Assembly: GCA_051117555.1 (NCBI GenBank)
Contig: JBNPEG010000006.1
Coordinates: forward strand, 37,730-101,729
Direction: 5' to 3'
Length of the DNA stretch: 64,000 nt
Source of the DNA: Elainellaceae cyanobacterium
GTDB lineage: Bacteria > Cyanobacteriota > Cyanobacteriia > CAZCXK01
This document shows, piece by piece, positions 52,748 to 63,280 of the stretch. The notes below the pieces were generated by a model that saw only the letters and a program-made list of their open reading frames with translations, was not told the DNA's origin and did not search any database. The translations under genes were made by a program, and so were the position numbers. Position 1 is the stretch's first letter, and the number at the start of each line of letters is the position of its first letter.

Positions 52748-53773
52748 TCAAAACATCATGGGTGGTTCCATCGGGTCTGAAGCAAATGCTAGCCAAAGGG
52801 GAAATTGAAGCAGGGATAGGCTAACCTGATCTTCTGCCTCGTCAATCACAATGAACGGTAACTGATCTTCACCTATGAGGCGATCAGCTCGCTGAGATAG
52901 AGCTTCAGGCGCTTCAAATAAAACAATCCCCTCTTGCGACCCAAAATCGCTGCGAGAGATGCCGAGACAGTCTTGCAAGCCTCGTCGCCATTCTCCCAAA
53001 CGCTCTGGAGAATTCCCCAAAACTAATGTCCGTAGGCGATCGCCATGAAGACTTCGCAATACTGAGATCACCGCCGAGGCAACCAAAATATTCTGAAGCC
53101 GCGATCCCATTGTGCGAACCGCTCCTCGCCCGCCTAGGGTGAAGAACCAATTTAAAGTGCGATCGGCATGAACAGGTTCAAACGTGCGTCGTAACTGCCA
53201 CGGAGGACCATAATAATCGGGCATATTACGATATTGGTCAACAATTCGACGAATCTGCTTGGCTTCGTCGTCAAAACTTTGCTGAGTGAACTTGGGCATC
53301 GTCATCGGAGACGGCTCTGGCTCAGACATTTGAGGCATTACTGGCGGAATTTGCCTGGACTCAATCGGCGGAGTTAGCTCCAACTGCTCAGCAGCAGTGG
53401 CTAGATCTTGAAGACTACCTACCAAATAGTCCTTAAAGCCTTGAACTCGAATTGCTAAATCCTGAGACGTTCCGGCAAACGTAGTTCTCATTTCGGCTTT
53501 AATTCGCTCTTGCCGACGCTCGAGTTGCTCGATTGACAGTTGCAGAGTTTTTTTACGCCGTTCCAGCTCGCTCAAGCCTTCTCTGAGCAAACGGCTGACC
53601 ATTGTTTGAGCTTCAGCCGTCTGGTCTTGTAATGTTCTACTGTATGAGGCTTGAAGCTTAGAGATTTCTTGCCTCAACGCCTTTTCCTGCTGCTGTAAAT
53701 CAGCGACGCGCTGAGCTAACTCTTTAGCTTCGTCAGCATAGGTTTCACGGGCATTAACGTCTTGGGTAGACAC
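52748..53773 (-). CDS. DUF3086 coiled-coil protein
   Basis: Long heptad region, FAG.SQDLAIRVQGFKDYL, PDYYGPPWQLRRTF. Confidence 0.8.
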   Translation of the reverse strand: MSTQDVNARETYADEAKELAQRVADLQQQEKALRQEISKLQASYSRTLQDQTAEAQTMVSRLLREGLSELERRKKTLQLSIEQLERRQERIKAEMRTTFAGTSQDLAIRVQGFKDYLVGSLQDLATAAEQLELTPPIESRQIPPVMPQMSEPEPSPMTMPKFTQQSFDDEAKQIRRIVDQYRNMPDYYGPPWQLRRTFEPVHADRTLNWFFTLGGRGAVRTMGSRLQNILVASAVISVLRSLHGDRLRTLVLGNSPERLGEWRRGLQDCLGISRSDFGSQEGIVLFEAPEALSQRADRLIGEDQLPFIVIDEAEDQVSLSLLQFPLWLAFASDPMEPPMMF

Positions 53774-53956
53774 TTGGCAATTAATATCTCCATCCAGAAC
53801 TGCAATCTATTGTTACATCGACTGTAGAGCTTTTCGACTGTTTATCCAGTTTTCAATCTATCTTCACAGGATCAAATCGTGCCAGTTGCAGGATAATTCT
53901 AAGCCGCGTTGGCATTCGAGATAAATTGACCATTGAGTTAGAGTGCTCGATTGAGC

Positions 53957-54418
53957 TCAAGATTGCGATGGACAATGCTGCTCTAGACAGTCCTTTAGAG
54001 TTTTGGGATTAAACAGAATCGGTAAGAAATGGATACTCTGAACTTCTTTGAAATAAAACAGAATGGGAACGGACTGCCAAAAAATCTTCCAATTTTGCCA
54101 GTCCTGATACGGGAAATGGCGAATTTGGTTATCCCCGCGGTAGATGTCTAATGCTGAGTCTGTAAAGCGTAATCGAAGCGTCGCTGCCTGAATCATTAAG
54201 AACAATCCAAATAGAGCGATCGCCCCACCCACCCATGGTTGCAACCATAAAGTAGGAATGGCGAGCACTACTAAGGCGATGGGCAAATTAAAACTCGGAG
54301 ATAGTTGAACAACGTCTGAGGCAGTCGAACCAGAGGGGGCTGTAGTCACGCCAATCCTCCCAAATAATTTAGCGTCTGTATTTTCATTACTTACTATTCT
54401 AAAGTTTTGTTTGTTCAA
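53957..54418 (-). CDS. DUF3119 membrane protein
   Basis: Two TMs, then FPYQDWQNW and YFKEVQSIHFLPILF. Confidence 0.8.
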   Translation of the reverse strand: MNKQNFRIVSNENTDAKLFGRIGVTTAPSGSTASDVVQLSPSFNLPIALVVLAIPTLWLQPWVGGAIALFGLFLMIQAATLRLRFTDSALDIYRGDNQIRHFPYQDWQNWKIFWQSVPILFYFKEVQSIHFLPILFNPKTLKDCLEQHCPSQS

Positions 54419-54451
54419 ATCCGAGAATTGCCCATTATTGAACGGGGATGC

Positions 54452-55240
54452 TCACAAAGACGCGTTTCCTGTCCCTTGAAACATGAGCCAGGAGAGAAAA
54501 AAGTTGGTCACAAAAATCATCAAAATAGCGGTAACGACTGCTGTAGTTGTAGATTGACCGACGCCTTTTGCGCCGCCAGTCGTTGTTAAACCCCAGCTCG
54601 ACCCAATAATGGCAATCAGCGCCCCAAAGACAATCGACTTAATCATGGTACTGATAAGATCCCAAGTGTCTAGAAAATTTCGAGCAGAATCTAGAAACAC
54701 TGTAAACGAAATTCGATAAATTCCTTCTGCAATTAGCATGCCGCCTGTCATGCCTGTTACAAATGCCAAAATCGTGAGCAGGGGCAGCATCAGACAACAG
54801 GCAAGAAATCGAGGGATGACCAAATAATCAATCGGGTCAGTCTTCAGCATTTGCAAGGCATCAATCTGCTCGGTGACAACCATTGTGCCGATTTCAGCCG
54901 CAAACGCTGACCCAATCCGTCCGGCAACGACAACAGCCGTTAACACAGGAGCTAGCTCACGAATCAGCGCAAGACCCAGTACCCCACCCACTGCCGTAGT
55001 AGCACCAAAATTGATGAACTCGCGGGCAACCTGAATCGTAAACACCATACCGACTGTGGCGGCTGTCAGCATTGCGATCATTAGAGACTCTGGACCCACA
55101 ATGGCCATTTGCTCAAGCGTATTGCGACGATGAGCTCTACCCTGAGTTACATGAATGACAACCTGCCCCCCCAGAAATGCGGCGGCTATCAGCCTTTGAC
55201 TCCATTTACCAATGCTGGACTCTTTGACTACCTGTTTCAA
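54452..55240 (-). CDS. mlaE: MlaE/TGD1-type lipid ABC permease
   Basis: RELAPVLTA...GRIGSAFAAEIGTM.VTEQIDAL, GGAKGVG.STT. Confidence 0.9.
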   Translation of the reverse strand: MKQVVKESSIGKWSQRLIAAAFLGGQVVIHVTQGRAHRRNTLEQMAIVGPESLMIAMLTAATVGMVFTIQVAREFINFGATTAVGGVLGLALIRELAPVLTAVVVAGRIGSAFAAEIGTMVVTEQIDALQMLKTDPIDYLVIPRFLACCLMLPLLTILAFVTGMTGGMLIAEGIYRISFTVFLDSARNFLDTWDLISTMIKSIVFGALIAIIGSSWGLTTTGGAKGVGQSTTTAVVTAILMIFVTNFFLSWLMFQGTGNASL

Positions 55241-55650
55241 TGGTCTGGATATCCTCTGAGCAATGCGTTTATGAATGATAATGACCCCAGTGTAAACGAT
55301 GTGGGTTAGTCTCCTGGCGATCGCGCGTTGACTTCAGTTCACCTGAATTCGGGCGACTGAATTGGGCGACTGAATTAGAATAAGCAATTGCATCAAACTT
55401 GATTCAGATGAATTCTCAGATGAATTCATAGATCTTCAACAAGCTTTTTAATAAAGATTTAAGATTTCTGACATCTGGACGAAATGTGGGCGATCGCATT
55501 TATTGTGGAACTATTCCAGTGTTGAGATGTGCATTTTTTACATATCCGTTTTCCATATACTCTCAGGCTCTCAGAGACCCTCTGGCAGATATATCCTACG
55601 TTTCACTTACATTTCACGGTGGCCAGTTTTGTCAGATTCCTAAGCTCGAT

Positions 55651-55947
55651 ATGTTTATGAGTAACTTTTCCAACCTTCTTCGCTCCCTGCTAATCGCTAG
55701 CATCGTCAGTTTTGCGCTGCCAGTAGCGTTGATTGGTACAGTGTTGATTGGCTTTTCAGTGATAGGAGTTGTGCCGTATTTCGAGTCGATTCGTCAGGCT
55801 GGCATCGAACAAGTGCTTCAATTCTTGTCAATCTTCGGCAGTGGTCGCCCGCTGCAAGGAGTGCTTGTGATCGGTTTGGCGTGCAGCCTAGTCGGCGTTT
55901 TGTTTGATAGCTACACGCTGTATCGGCAGCAAAATCTGCGTAATTAG
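55651..55947 (+). CDS. Small hypothetical membrane protein
   Basis: NLLRSLL...FGSG.P..G..IGL.C..VG.LFD.Y; likely start at 55651/55657 (ORF track starts at 55486). Confidence 0.65.
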   Translation: MFMSNFSNLLRSLLIASIVSFALPVALIGTVLIGFSVIGVVPYFESIRQAGIEQVLQFLSIFGSGRPLQGVLVIGLACSLVGVLFDSYTLYRQQNLRN

Positions 55948-56528
55948 ACTGCTGATAATCCGCACAATAATCGAGACGCTGAAAACCGGATATCGAGATC
56001 AGGTGATACTTGATCATGAGGGTAGAGTTGTCAAAAAAAATATTAGAAATACTTATATAAATCTAGATTTTCAATAAATTCTTACATAGAAGGGTGCATA
56101 GTTCCTGATATTCATGATTCCTGACATTCATGATAAAGATTCAAATATTGACGGGAAGTATCGTGCCTTGAACGAGTAGATTTGCTGACTTGAGCGATCG
56201 CCATTGGTGTGAGACAGGCCATTTCTCTAAGTAGATACAGTAGATGCAACACAAATGCAAAGGCTGGAACCCCTTCAGAATTTGTGTTTGTGAATCCAAA
56301 ATTGAGAATCCAAAATCGAGAATCGGTATCCAAGAGTCCCGCCGCGATAATTGCCACCTCGGGGTGGGTCAAGCGAGCGATCGCATAATTATTCTCTAAA
56401 ATCGCGCTATTTGATTGACATCTAGTCATTTAAGATCAACACAATTCCTTTCAAAAGTCTTTATCCTGGAGTTTGGTATCCCTAAATCCACCGCTCTATT
56501 CATATAACCTTTATTCCACACACCATTC

Positions 56529-58133
56529 ATGTCTATGCTCAGTCGCTTTTTCACAATGCCCGACTTTCGTGGTAAGGCGAAGATATCTACCTCGACTTTT
56601 TCGCAATGGCAGCGACTAGTCTCGATTCTTCTAGTTGCAGCTCTGGCATGGAGCATCACTCCAACGCCCGCCTTAGCCAGGACTCAAGCCCCCGAATCAT
56701 CGAGCTCGATTCAACCCTATGTTGATCGCGTAATCGACCGGATTACAGAATTCACGCTCGAAAACGGCCTCAAGTTTATTGTGCTAGAGCGTCACCAGGC
56801 TCCAGTTGTCTCATTCATGACGTATGTTAATGTCGGTGCCGCAGAAGAGGAAGAAGGTAAAACAGGGGCTGCTCATTATTTAGAGCACCTTGCCTTTAAG
56901 GGAACGACTCGAATTGGCACGAAAAATTACGAGGCTGAAAAACCCTTATTAGAGCGTATGGATGCTCTGTTTAAGCAAATTCAAGACGCCGAGGCGAATG
57001 GACAAGAGGCTGAAGCCAGTCGCTTGCAAGCCGAATTTGCCCAAACAAAGGCTGAAGCATCTCAGTATGTTGTGCAAAATCAGCTTCCTCAAATTGTGGA
57101 ACAAGCTGGGGGAGTTGGCTTAAATGCAACGACGTCGGCAGATGCAACTCGATATTTTTATAGCTTTCCGTCTAACAAGCTCGAATTATGGATGTCTCTT
57201 GAGTCAGAGCGGTTTTTAGAACCCGTTTTCCGTGAGTTTTATGAAGAGAAAGCGGTCATTCTAGAAGAGCGTCGCATGAGAACCGACAACTCGCCAATCG
57301 GCAAGATGGTCGAGGAATTTTTGGAGACATCTTTTAAGGTTCATCCCTACGGTCGCCCCATCATTGGATATGCCGAGGATATTGAGGCATTGACGCGAGA
57401 CGATATTCGACAGTTTTTTGAAACGCATTACGTGCCCTCCCAGATGACGGTGGCGATCGTTGGAGACGTTGATCCGTCGCAGGTGAAGCAATTTGCTGAA
57501 ACCTATTTCGGTCGATTTGCCGATCGCCCGGCGCCTCCCCCCCTATCATTTGAAGAACCACCCCAAACCGAGACTCGCGAGGTAACGTTGCGTCTTCCCT
57601 CGCAACCCTGGTATTTGGAAGGATATCATCGGCCTGCAATTACTCATCCGGATCATGCAACCTATCAATTGATGAGCGCGATCTTGTCGGATGGGCGAAC
57701 CTCACGATTTTACAAATCATTGATCGATGAAAAGCAGGTTGCGCTGAATGCTCAAAGCTCAAACGGGTTTCCTGGCGATCGCTTTGAGAATATCCTTCTG
57801 TTCTATGCTCTCACTGCTCCAGGACATACGGTAGATGAGGTTGCGGATGCGTTAGACGCTGAATTAGAGCGCATTCAAAATGAGCCGGTCTCGATTGACG
57901 AGCTGGATCGTGTGAAAACGCAAGCACGAGCAGGATTGTTGAGAACGCTATCGTCCAATCAAGGCATGGCGAGTTTGCTGGCAGAATACGAAGCGAAAAC
58001 TGGGAGTTGGGAGAATCTCTTCAATGAACTGAACGCCATTGAAGCGGTGACCGTTGAAGATATTCAGCGCGTTGCTCAAGAGACGTTCCGTCCCGAAAAC
58101 AAAACCATTGGACGAATATTGCCGGTTGAGTAA
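56529..58133 (+). CDS. M16 family zinc peptidase, catalytic subunit
   Basis: HXXEH motif (HYLEH), NATT, signal-like N-terminus. Confidence 0.92.
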   Translation: MSMLSRFFTMPDFRGKAKISTSTFSQWQRLVSILLVAALAWSITPTPALARTQAPESSSSIQPYVDRVIDRITEFTLENGLKFIVLERHQAPVVSFMTYVNVGAAEEEEGKTGAAHYLEHLAFKGTTRIGTKNYEAEKPLLERMDALFKQIQDAEANGQEAEASRLQAEFAQTKAEASQYVVQNQLPQIVEQAGGVGLNATTSADATRYFYSFPSNKLELWMSLESERFLEPVFREFYEEKAVILEERRMRTDNSPIGKMVEEFLETSFKVHPYGRPIIGYAEDIEALTRDDIRQFFETHYVPSQMTVAIVGDVDPSQVKQFAETYFGRFADRPAPPPLSFEEPPQTETREVTLRLPSQPWYLEGYHRPAITHPDHATYQLMSAILSDGRTSRFYKSLIDEKQVALNAQSSNGFPGDRFENILLFYALTAPGHTVDEVADALDAELERIQNEPVSIDELDRVKTQARAGLLRTLSSNQGMASLLAEYEAKTGSWENLFNELNAIEAVTVEDIQRVAQETFRPENKTIGRILPVE

Positions 58134-58219
58134 AATTCAACACCGTCAATTAGTGTGACTGAGTTCAATCGGTTTGACAGAATTATTTAGTCCAGCAGAA
58201 TCCTTACGCAGGAGTTTAG

Positions 58220-59722
58220 TTGTATATGCAGCGGTTTGAGTTTTGGCGAAACAAGCTAGTTCGTTATGGTTTGGCAACCTTCATGACGCTATTTGCAGTG
58301 GTCATGGTGCTCGGGCGATCGCCAGCCCTGGCAACCCCAGCCCAGCACTATACCGAGCTAGAATTTCCGCCGCTACCCGAAATCCAGATTCCAGAATACA
58401 CCTATTTTGAACTGGACAATGGCATGCAGGTTTACCTCATGGAAGACCATGAATTGCCACTGGTAAACGGTAGCGCAATGATTCATACAGGCGATCGCCT
58501 AGACCCCGATAACCAAGTCGGTTTGGCTGGGATTACTGGGGAGGTCATTCGCAGTGGAGGAACGACCGTTCATCCTGCCGAAGAGTTAAACCTGCTACTA
58601 GAGCAGCAAGCTGCGTCCGTGGAAACAGGAATTAACACCTCATCCGGTACTGCGAATTTTAGTGCCCTATCCGAAGATGTACCCAACGTTCTAAGCCTGT
58701 TTGCTGAGGTCATTCGGCAACCTGCATTTCCTCAAGACAAAATTGATTTAGCCAAAACTCAGCGCCAGGGGGCGATCGCGCGTCGCAACGACGATCCTGA
58801 TGAAATTGCGCGACGAGAGTTTCAAAAGCTGATCTATGGAAAAGAAAGCCCCTACGCGAGAACCATCGAGTATGAAACGCTCGATAACATTTCCCGTGAT
58901 GATTTGATTCGCTTTTACGAGCAATATTTTCACCCTAGTAATATGATGCTGGGGGTTGTGGGTGATTTTGACCCTGCCGAAATGCGCTTGCTGATTGAGG
59001 AAGCATTCGGTGATTGGCCGTCGGGGCCAAATCTGGATGAGGCGATCGAAAAGCAGTTGCCAACAGTCACACAAGCGAACCAGAGCGGCGTGTTTGTAGT
59101 CGATCAGCCTCAGCTTACCCAGAGCTCGATTCAGATCGGTCATTTGGGAGGTCGCCTCGATAACCCTGACTATGCAGCTCTTTCGGTCATGAATGAGGTC
59201 ATGAATGGTCTAGGCGGTAGGCTGGTGAATGAAGTGCGATCGCGGCAAGGTCTGGCGTACTCAGTTTATGCTGTCTGGTCGCCTCGGTTCGACTATCCCG
59301 GAATGTTCATTGGAGGCGGACAAACTCGCACTGATGCAACCGTCCCTTTTATTCAAGCAGCCCTGGCTGAAATTGAGGAAATTAGAACGACGCCAATCAC
59401 CGAAGAAGAACTTAACCGTGCTCAGGACGGAGTCTTAAACTCATTTGTCTTCAATTTTCAAAATCCTGGGCAGACCTTGTCTCGCGTGATGAGATATGCA
59501 TACTATGACTATCCGGAAGACTTCATCTTTAGCTATCAGCGCGACATCGCAGCGACGACGATAGAACAAGTCCAAGAGGCTGCTCAGACATACCTCAAGC
59601 CGGATATGATCGTGACGCTTGTAGTGGGCAATAAATCTGAGATTCAGCCTCCTCTGAGCGACCTCAATCCAGACACTCGCGTCACTCAAATTGATGTAAC
59701 GATTCCAGAACCGCGTGGTTAG
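58220..59722 (+). CDS. M16 family peptidase, non-catalytic partner
   Basis: M16 fold motifs (LDNGM, VVGDF, RL..EVR...GLAYSV) without HXXEH. Confidence 0.88.
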   Translation: MYMQRFEFWRNKLVRYGLATFMTLFAVVMVLGRSPALATPAQHYTELEFPPLPEIQIPEYTYFELDNGMQVYLMEDHELPLVNGSAMIHTGDRLDPDNQVGLAGITGEVIRSGGTTVHPAEELNLLLEQQAASVETGINTSSGTANFSALSEDVPNVLSLFAEVIRQPAFPQDKIDLAKTQRQGAIARRNDDPDEIARREFQKLIYGKESPYARTIEYETLDNISRDDLIRFYEQYFHPSNMMLGVVGDFDPAEMRLLIEEAFGDWPSGPNLDEAIEKQLPTVTQANQSGVFVVDQPQLTQSSIQIGHLGGRLDNPDYAALSVMNEVMNGLGGRLVNEVRSRQGLAYSVYAVWSPRFDYPGMFIGGGQTRTDATVPFIQAALAEIEEIRTTPITEEELNRAQDGVLNSFVFNFQNPGQTLSRVMRYAYYDYPEDFIFSYQRDIAATTIEQVQEAAQTYLKPDMIVTLVVGNKSEIQPPLSDLNPDTRVTQIDVTIPEPRG

Positions 59723-59811
59723 GGATTTGCATCGGATGGCTATCAGCGATTAGCAATTAGCTATCGGCAGCTATCAGTGGGATTGATAGTGCCAATTCTC
59801 TAGATCCAATG

Positions 59812-59907
59812 TGTAGCGGTATGCGATTGAGGTTAAGTATGGCGGTGTGGGGCGTGCTGCGCTCTACACCACCATCTCTATACTCGACGCAATTGCAAAT
59901 TGCTACA
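59812..59907. mobile_element. TGTAGC MITE, subfamily C
   Basis: TGTAGCGGTATGCGATTG...CAATTGCAAATTGCTACA imperfect TIR with a 16-bp central hairpin. Confidence 0.7.
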
Positions 59908-59917
59908 CGGACTTCGC

Positions 59918-60082
59918 ACGGGCGTTAGCGGCTGAAGCCGCGCCTACACGAACAAAACCCGCCTCCGCGGGTTGGAGTCAGTCGGCGCTAGCGAAGCCAT
60001 GCCGAAGGCTATAGGCCGACTTTGTACGTGTAGCAGCAGTTACTCTTCGAGAAGCCGCTATGCGTCTACAACTGCCGCTATA
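59918..60082. repeat. REP-like inverted composite with inserted mini-repeats
   Basis: CTACACGAACAAAACCCGCCT pairs with AGGCCGACTTTGTACGTGTAG. Inserts are GCGAAGCCATGCCGAAGGC and CTCTTCGAGAAGCCGCTATGCGTCT. Confidence 0.55.
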
Positions 60083-60114
60083 AAAGTTTTGTCAGTCAAT
60101 CAGGGCTACCTACT

Positions 60115-60198
60115 TATCGCGATCCTGAATCGCTTGGGAATTGTGAGTGGTGGGGCGGCGTCCGCCCCACCACTCACACCTCATTTGGGATTGCTATA
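60115..60198. mobile_element. TATAGC MITE, subfamily A
   Basis: TATCGCGATCC...GGATTGCTATA ends with a perfect 17-bp hairpin carrying a compensatory change. Confidence 0.8.
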
Positions 60199-60273
60199 TC
60201 TAGTGTTCTATCTTCTTTTACTCTAGAGCTGATAGCTGTAAAACTACCTGCTGACAGCAAATAGCCTATATCC

Positions 60274-62175
60274 CTATCGTTTTGGAGTAATGGATTTTTC
60301 ACCCTTTATCGGCGTGCTATTAGCTTTGGTTGCTGTAGACTCTGTTGCTTGATTAGGGCGTGATGCAGCAGCAGGATCTCGCCAAAATACAATGTCACTA
60401 TTAAGCGGCTGAACCTGAGTACCGGGATAATAGAAGCTAAGGATGCGATCGCTAGACCAGCCCAAATCGCCCAAATTATACGCTCCGGTTTGGCTCATGC
60501 CCACTCCATGCCCAAAGCCTCCACCGACAAAGGCATATCCCCTCAGCATTCTCGTTGTCATGTCTTCGGCAGCTTGTGCAGCAGGCTGTTCGGCATTAGC
60601 GGAAGGCTGCGCAGGTGAAGGCTGTGCAGGTGAAGCAGAACGTCCTGGTTCATAGAGCGGCTCTACGTAGAAAAAGGTGCTATTTGGGGCATAGAGCGCT
60701 CGCAAGATTTCATCTTTTTCAAGATTGACGGTGCCCTGATCCGTGGTCACCGCCATTTTTTGAACCCGACCAGCGGGCGATCGCTCAGTGACTTCAAGCC
60801 CTTCAATTTTGGTAAAATTCCGGAGCGGATGCTGCACTGCGTCCAAGTATGCACGTACATCAGCAGCGATTTCGGGCAACGAATCCTCAACGCGCCAGCG
60901 GAACATATCCCAACCCTGCTCGTTAAATCCCTCGTCTAAGCTAACAAATGCTTTGAAATTCGCTTCGTCTGCTAAGCTTCGCTGAGACAGATTCCACACA
61001 CCAGATACTGAATCGACAACGGCTCGCAAATAGGGACGATTGACCCCATTCCACACATCACTAAAAGGTGCAGTTACGCCCCCTGTGGTTGATGAATAAA
61101 GCGCATCGACCAATTCATTTTCATAGGTCAACACCTGTCCACGCGTCGTGGCGATCGCGCGATCGCTCTTTTCAGCAGCCCCCGACAGTCCCCAATACAC
61201 CTGACATTGGGTATCTGCACAGAGCTGATAGTTATCAATTGCAAATCGGCGCAGATTTCGCAACGCATAGGTACGAGCTAAAACAGCCTGAGCCTCAATC
61301 GTCGTCTGGGGAGCACTCAACCCAATTTCATGCGGTACGACGCCCCGCAAATAGGTTTCGATGGGCACGTCGTTAACTAGGGTATACGTTCCGTAAGCAT
61401 TGGGCTGGAGACGCAACTCTCCTCCAAATAATCGGCGATTTTGAGTGCTTTCACCCGGAGGATCAACCCAAATCCGACGATTTGCCGAGGTCACCTCAAA
61501 GAAATTGCGGTGATACCGAAACCCGTTGACCGTAAACGATGCTTTGGGAACCTCAGTTTGCACCTGCGTGTCTAGGAAGGCACTATTCATGCCGTGGGAC
61601 TGAAGATTTTGGAACAGCAACCGTCGGAGTAGCGGAGTTTTGTATACGTCTCGCTTTGCCCAGACTTGCCACCGACCCGGCTGAGCAATTTCGACTTCAA
61701 TGCCCTGCGATCGCCAACGATTGGCACTGTCTTCTGCGCTTTCAAAACTGCGGTGAGTACTCAAGACAACCCGCTCGTTAACCTGAGGCTCAGGAAGAGG
61801 CTGCATCACCACGTCCAGCTTTACAGCGCTGGCTTTGAGCTCTTGAGGTTGCAGATCCCCCCCCTCAAATCGAATCGTGAGGCGATCGCCAGACAGCGCT
61901 TCTAGAATGATTTCATCATCGGCATCATCTCCAAACCGTTGCACGATGCCCACGTCTAAAGACGGATCGATTAGCTCTTGAGCCGCGACTGGTTTCCCAA
62001 CTAATCCAACGGCACAGACGACCGCCAACCCAGTTAAGCGGACCGATCTTTCCCACGTTAGACGCGGAAGATATTTGCACGATGAGAGCCAGTCGAAGCG
62101 AAATCGTTGAAATTGGCTGGTCACATTGACCTCCACAGAAAATCGCTGGTGAGATGAATTGCAGAACATACCCAA
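60274..62175 (-). CDS. SpoIID/LytB domain protein
   Basis: ETYLRGVVPHE, AQAVLARTYA, CQVY, YSSTTGG, GFGHGVGMSQTGA. Confidence 0.92.
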   Translation of the reverse strand: MGMFCNSSHQRFSVEVNVTSQFQRFRFDWLSSCKYLPRLTWERSVRLTGLAVVCAVGLVGKPVAAQELIDPSLDVGIVQRFGDDADDEIILEALSGDRLTIRFEGGDLQPQELKASAVKLDVVMQPLPEPQVNERVVLSTHRSFESAEDSANRWRSQGIEVEIAQPGRWQVWAKRDVYKTPLLRRLLFQNLQSHGMNSAFLDTQVQTEVPKASFTVNGFRYHRNFFEVTSANRRIWVDPPGESTQNRRLFGGELRLQPNAYGTYTLVNDVPIETYLRGVVPHEIGLSAPQTTIEAQAVLARTYALRNLRRFAIDNYQLCADTQCQVYWGLSGAAEKSDRAIATTRGQVLTYENELVDALYSSTTGGVTAPFSDVWNGVNRPYLRAVVDSVSGVWNLSQRSLADEANFKAFVSLDEGFNEQGWDMFRWRVEDSLPEIAADVRAYLDAVQHPLRNFTKIEGLEVTERSPAGRVQKMAVTTDQGTVNLEKDEILRALYAPNSTFFYVEPLYEPGRSASPAQPSPAQPSANAEQPAAQAAEDMTTRMLRGYAFVGGGFGHGVGMSQTGAYNLGDLGWSSDRILSFYYPGTQVQPLNSDIVFWRDPAAASRPNQATESTATKANSTPIKGEKSITPKR

Positions 62176-62605
62176 TCAGCTAACTCGTCAACGCTGATAA
62201 CAGGACAGAAACCAGATGAGTATCAGTTGAACATTTCCGACCTACACGGTTCGAAAATTCACTCAATAATTCTACTGATTAGAATCCAATTTGGCCGCTT
62301 TTTGAGTTGTAAATTTATCAACCTCGATTGTAAAAACGCTCCGATGGCAAGCAGATAGCCCCAGGGCGACCGATCATCAATTGTTAAGGTTGGCTTTCTA
62401 AATATTTGCACTAGATAGAACTAAACGCTACGACCCATCTCACTCCCCATTAGTTTCTTGCTGCGCGTCACATCGTGCGTTTCCGCTACGTCTCACATCA
62501 CAGAAAATCTCCACCCCCACTTACACCATTTAAGCCGACTCTCCCGGATACTTTCATTGACTACGCCCGGATCACATCAATTAAGCACATCGTTGAATCA
62601 AGGAG

Positions 62606-62634
62606 TTGCAACTCGTAGTCATAACGAGTATGAT
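62606..62634 (+). promoter_or_regulatory. Candidate sigma70 promoter with a palindromic operator upstream of sulfiredoxin
   Basis: TTGCAA-17 nt-TATGAT, overlapped by ACTCGT-N7-ACGAGT and TCATA-N5-TATGA dyads. Confidence 0.6.
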
Positions 62635-62669
62635 TTAGAAGAAGAGATGCACGAGGTGTTCATTGCTCG

Positions 62670-62933
62670 ATGGTGAAGATTCGAGAGATTCCAATTCGTG
62701 ATATTCGCCGTCCGCTATTTCGTCAAAACGATCAGGATAAGGTGCGGGCACTTATGGAGTCTATCCAACAGGTTGGTCTACAAGAACCAATTGATGTGTT
62801 AGAGGTGGATGGGCAATATTATGGGTTTTCTGGCTGTCACCGCTACGAGGCTTGTAGTCGGCTGGGTCATGAAACAATTCGTTGCCGAGTTCGCCGTGCT
62901 CCTAAATCGGTGCTTCGAATGCACTTAGCCTAA
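62670..62933 (+). CDS. srxA: Sulfiredoxin
   Basis: ParB/Srx fold with YYGFSGCHRYEA. Confidence 0.92.
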   Translation: MVKIREIPIRDIRRPLFRQNDQDKVRALMESIQQVGLQEPIDVLEVDGQYYGFSGCHRYEACSRLGHETIRCRVRRAPKSVLRMHLA

Positions 62934-63280
62934 TCGTTGTCAAACTGTCAAGAGAATGAGGTCGAGTGGATTTTCATTGTTGCAGACTGTAAATTACAAG
63001 GTGTAAAGCAGTGGTCTATCGTTTAGGGAGTGGTTAGGGGGTTAATTCAATCATACGGTTGGGGCGATCGCCCGAGACGCGGTTTCTCGACTCACCCCCA
63101 TCTTCCCTGTATAAGTTACCATTGGCTCTTTTTGCCCCTTGATTTTCTCCGATGGCAGTCATCAGCGTATTGCCCCCTGATCGAATCGTTTCCATGCAAG
63201 ACTCTGAATAGGAGTTTTCTAATACTTCAAATTGCCACCTACAAATTGATCTATCTCAAAATTTAAGTCAGGAGGATTTT

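Noticed and set aside
56529..59722. Second M16 gene as a pseudogene
   Set aside because: The ORF is intact; active plus inactive M16B heterodimer pairs are well known.
59972..60226. 84-aa ORF
   Set aside because: It reads through REP-like and MITE sequence.
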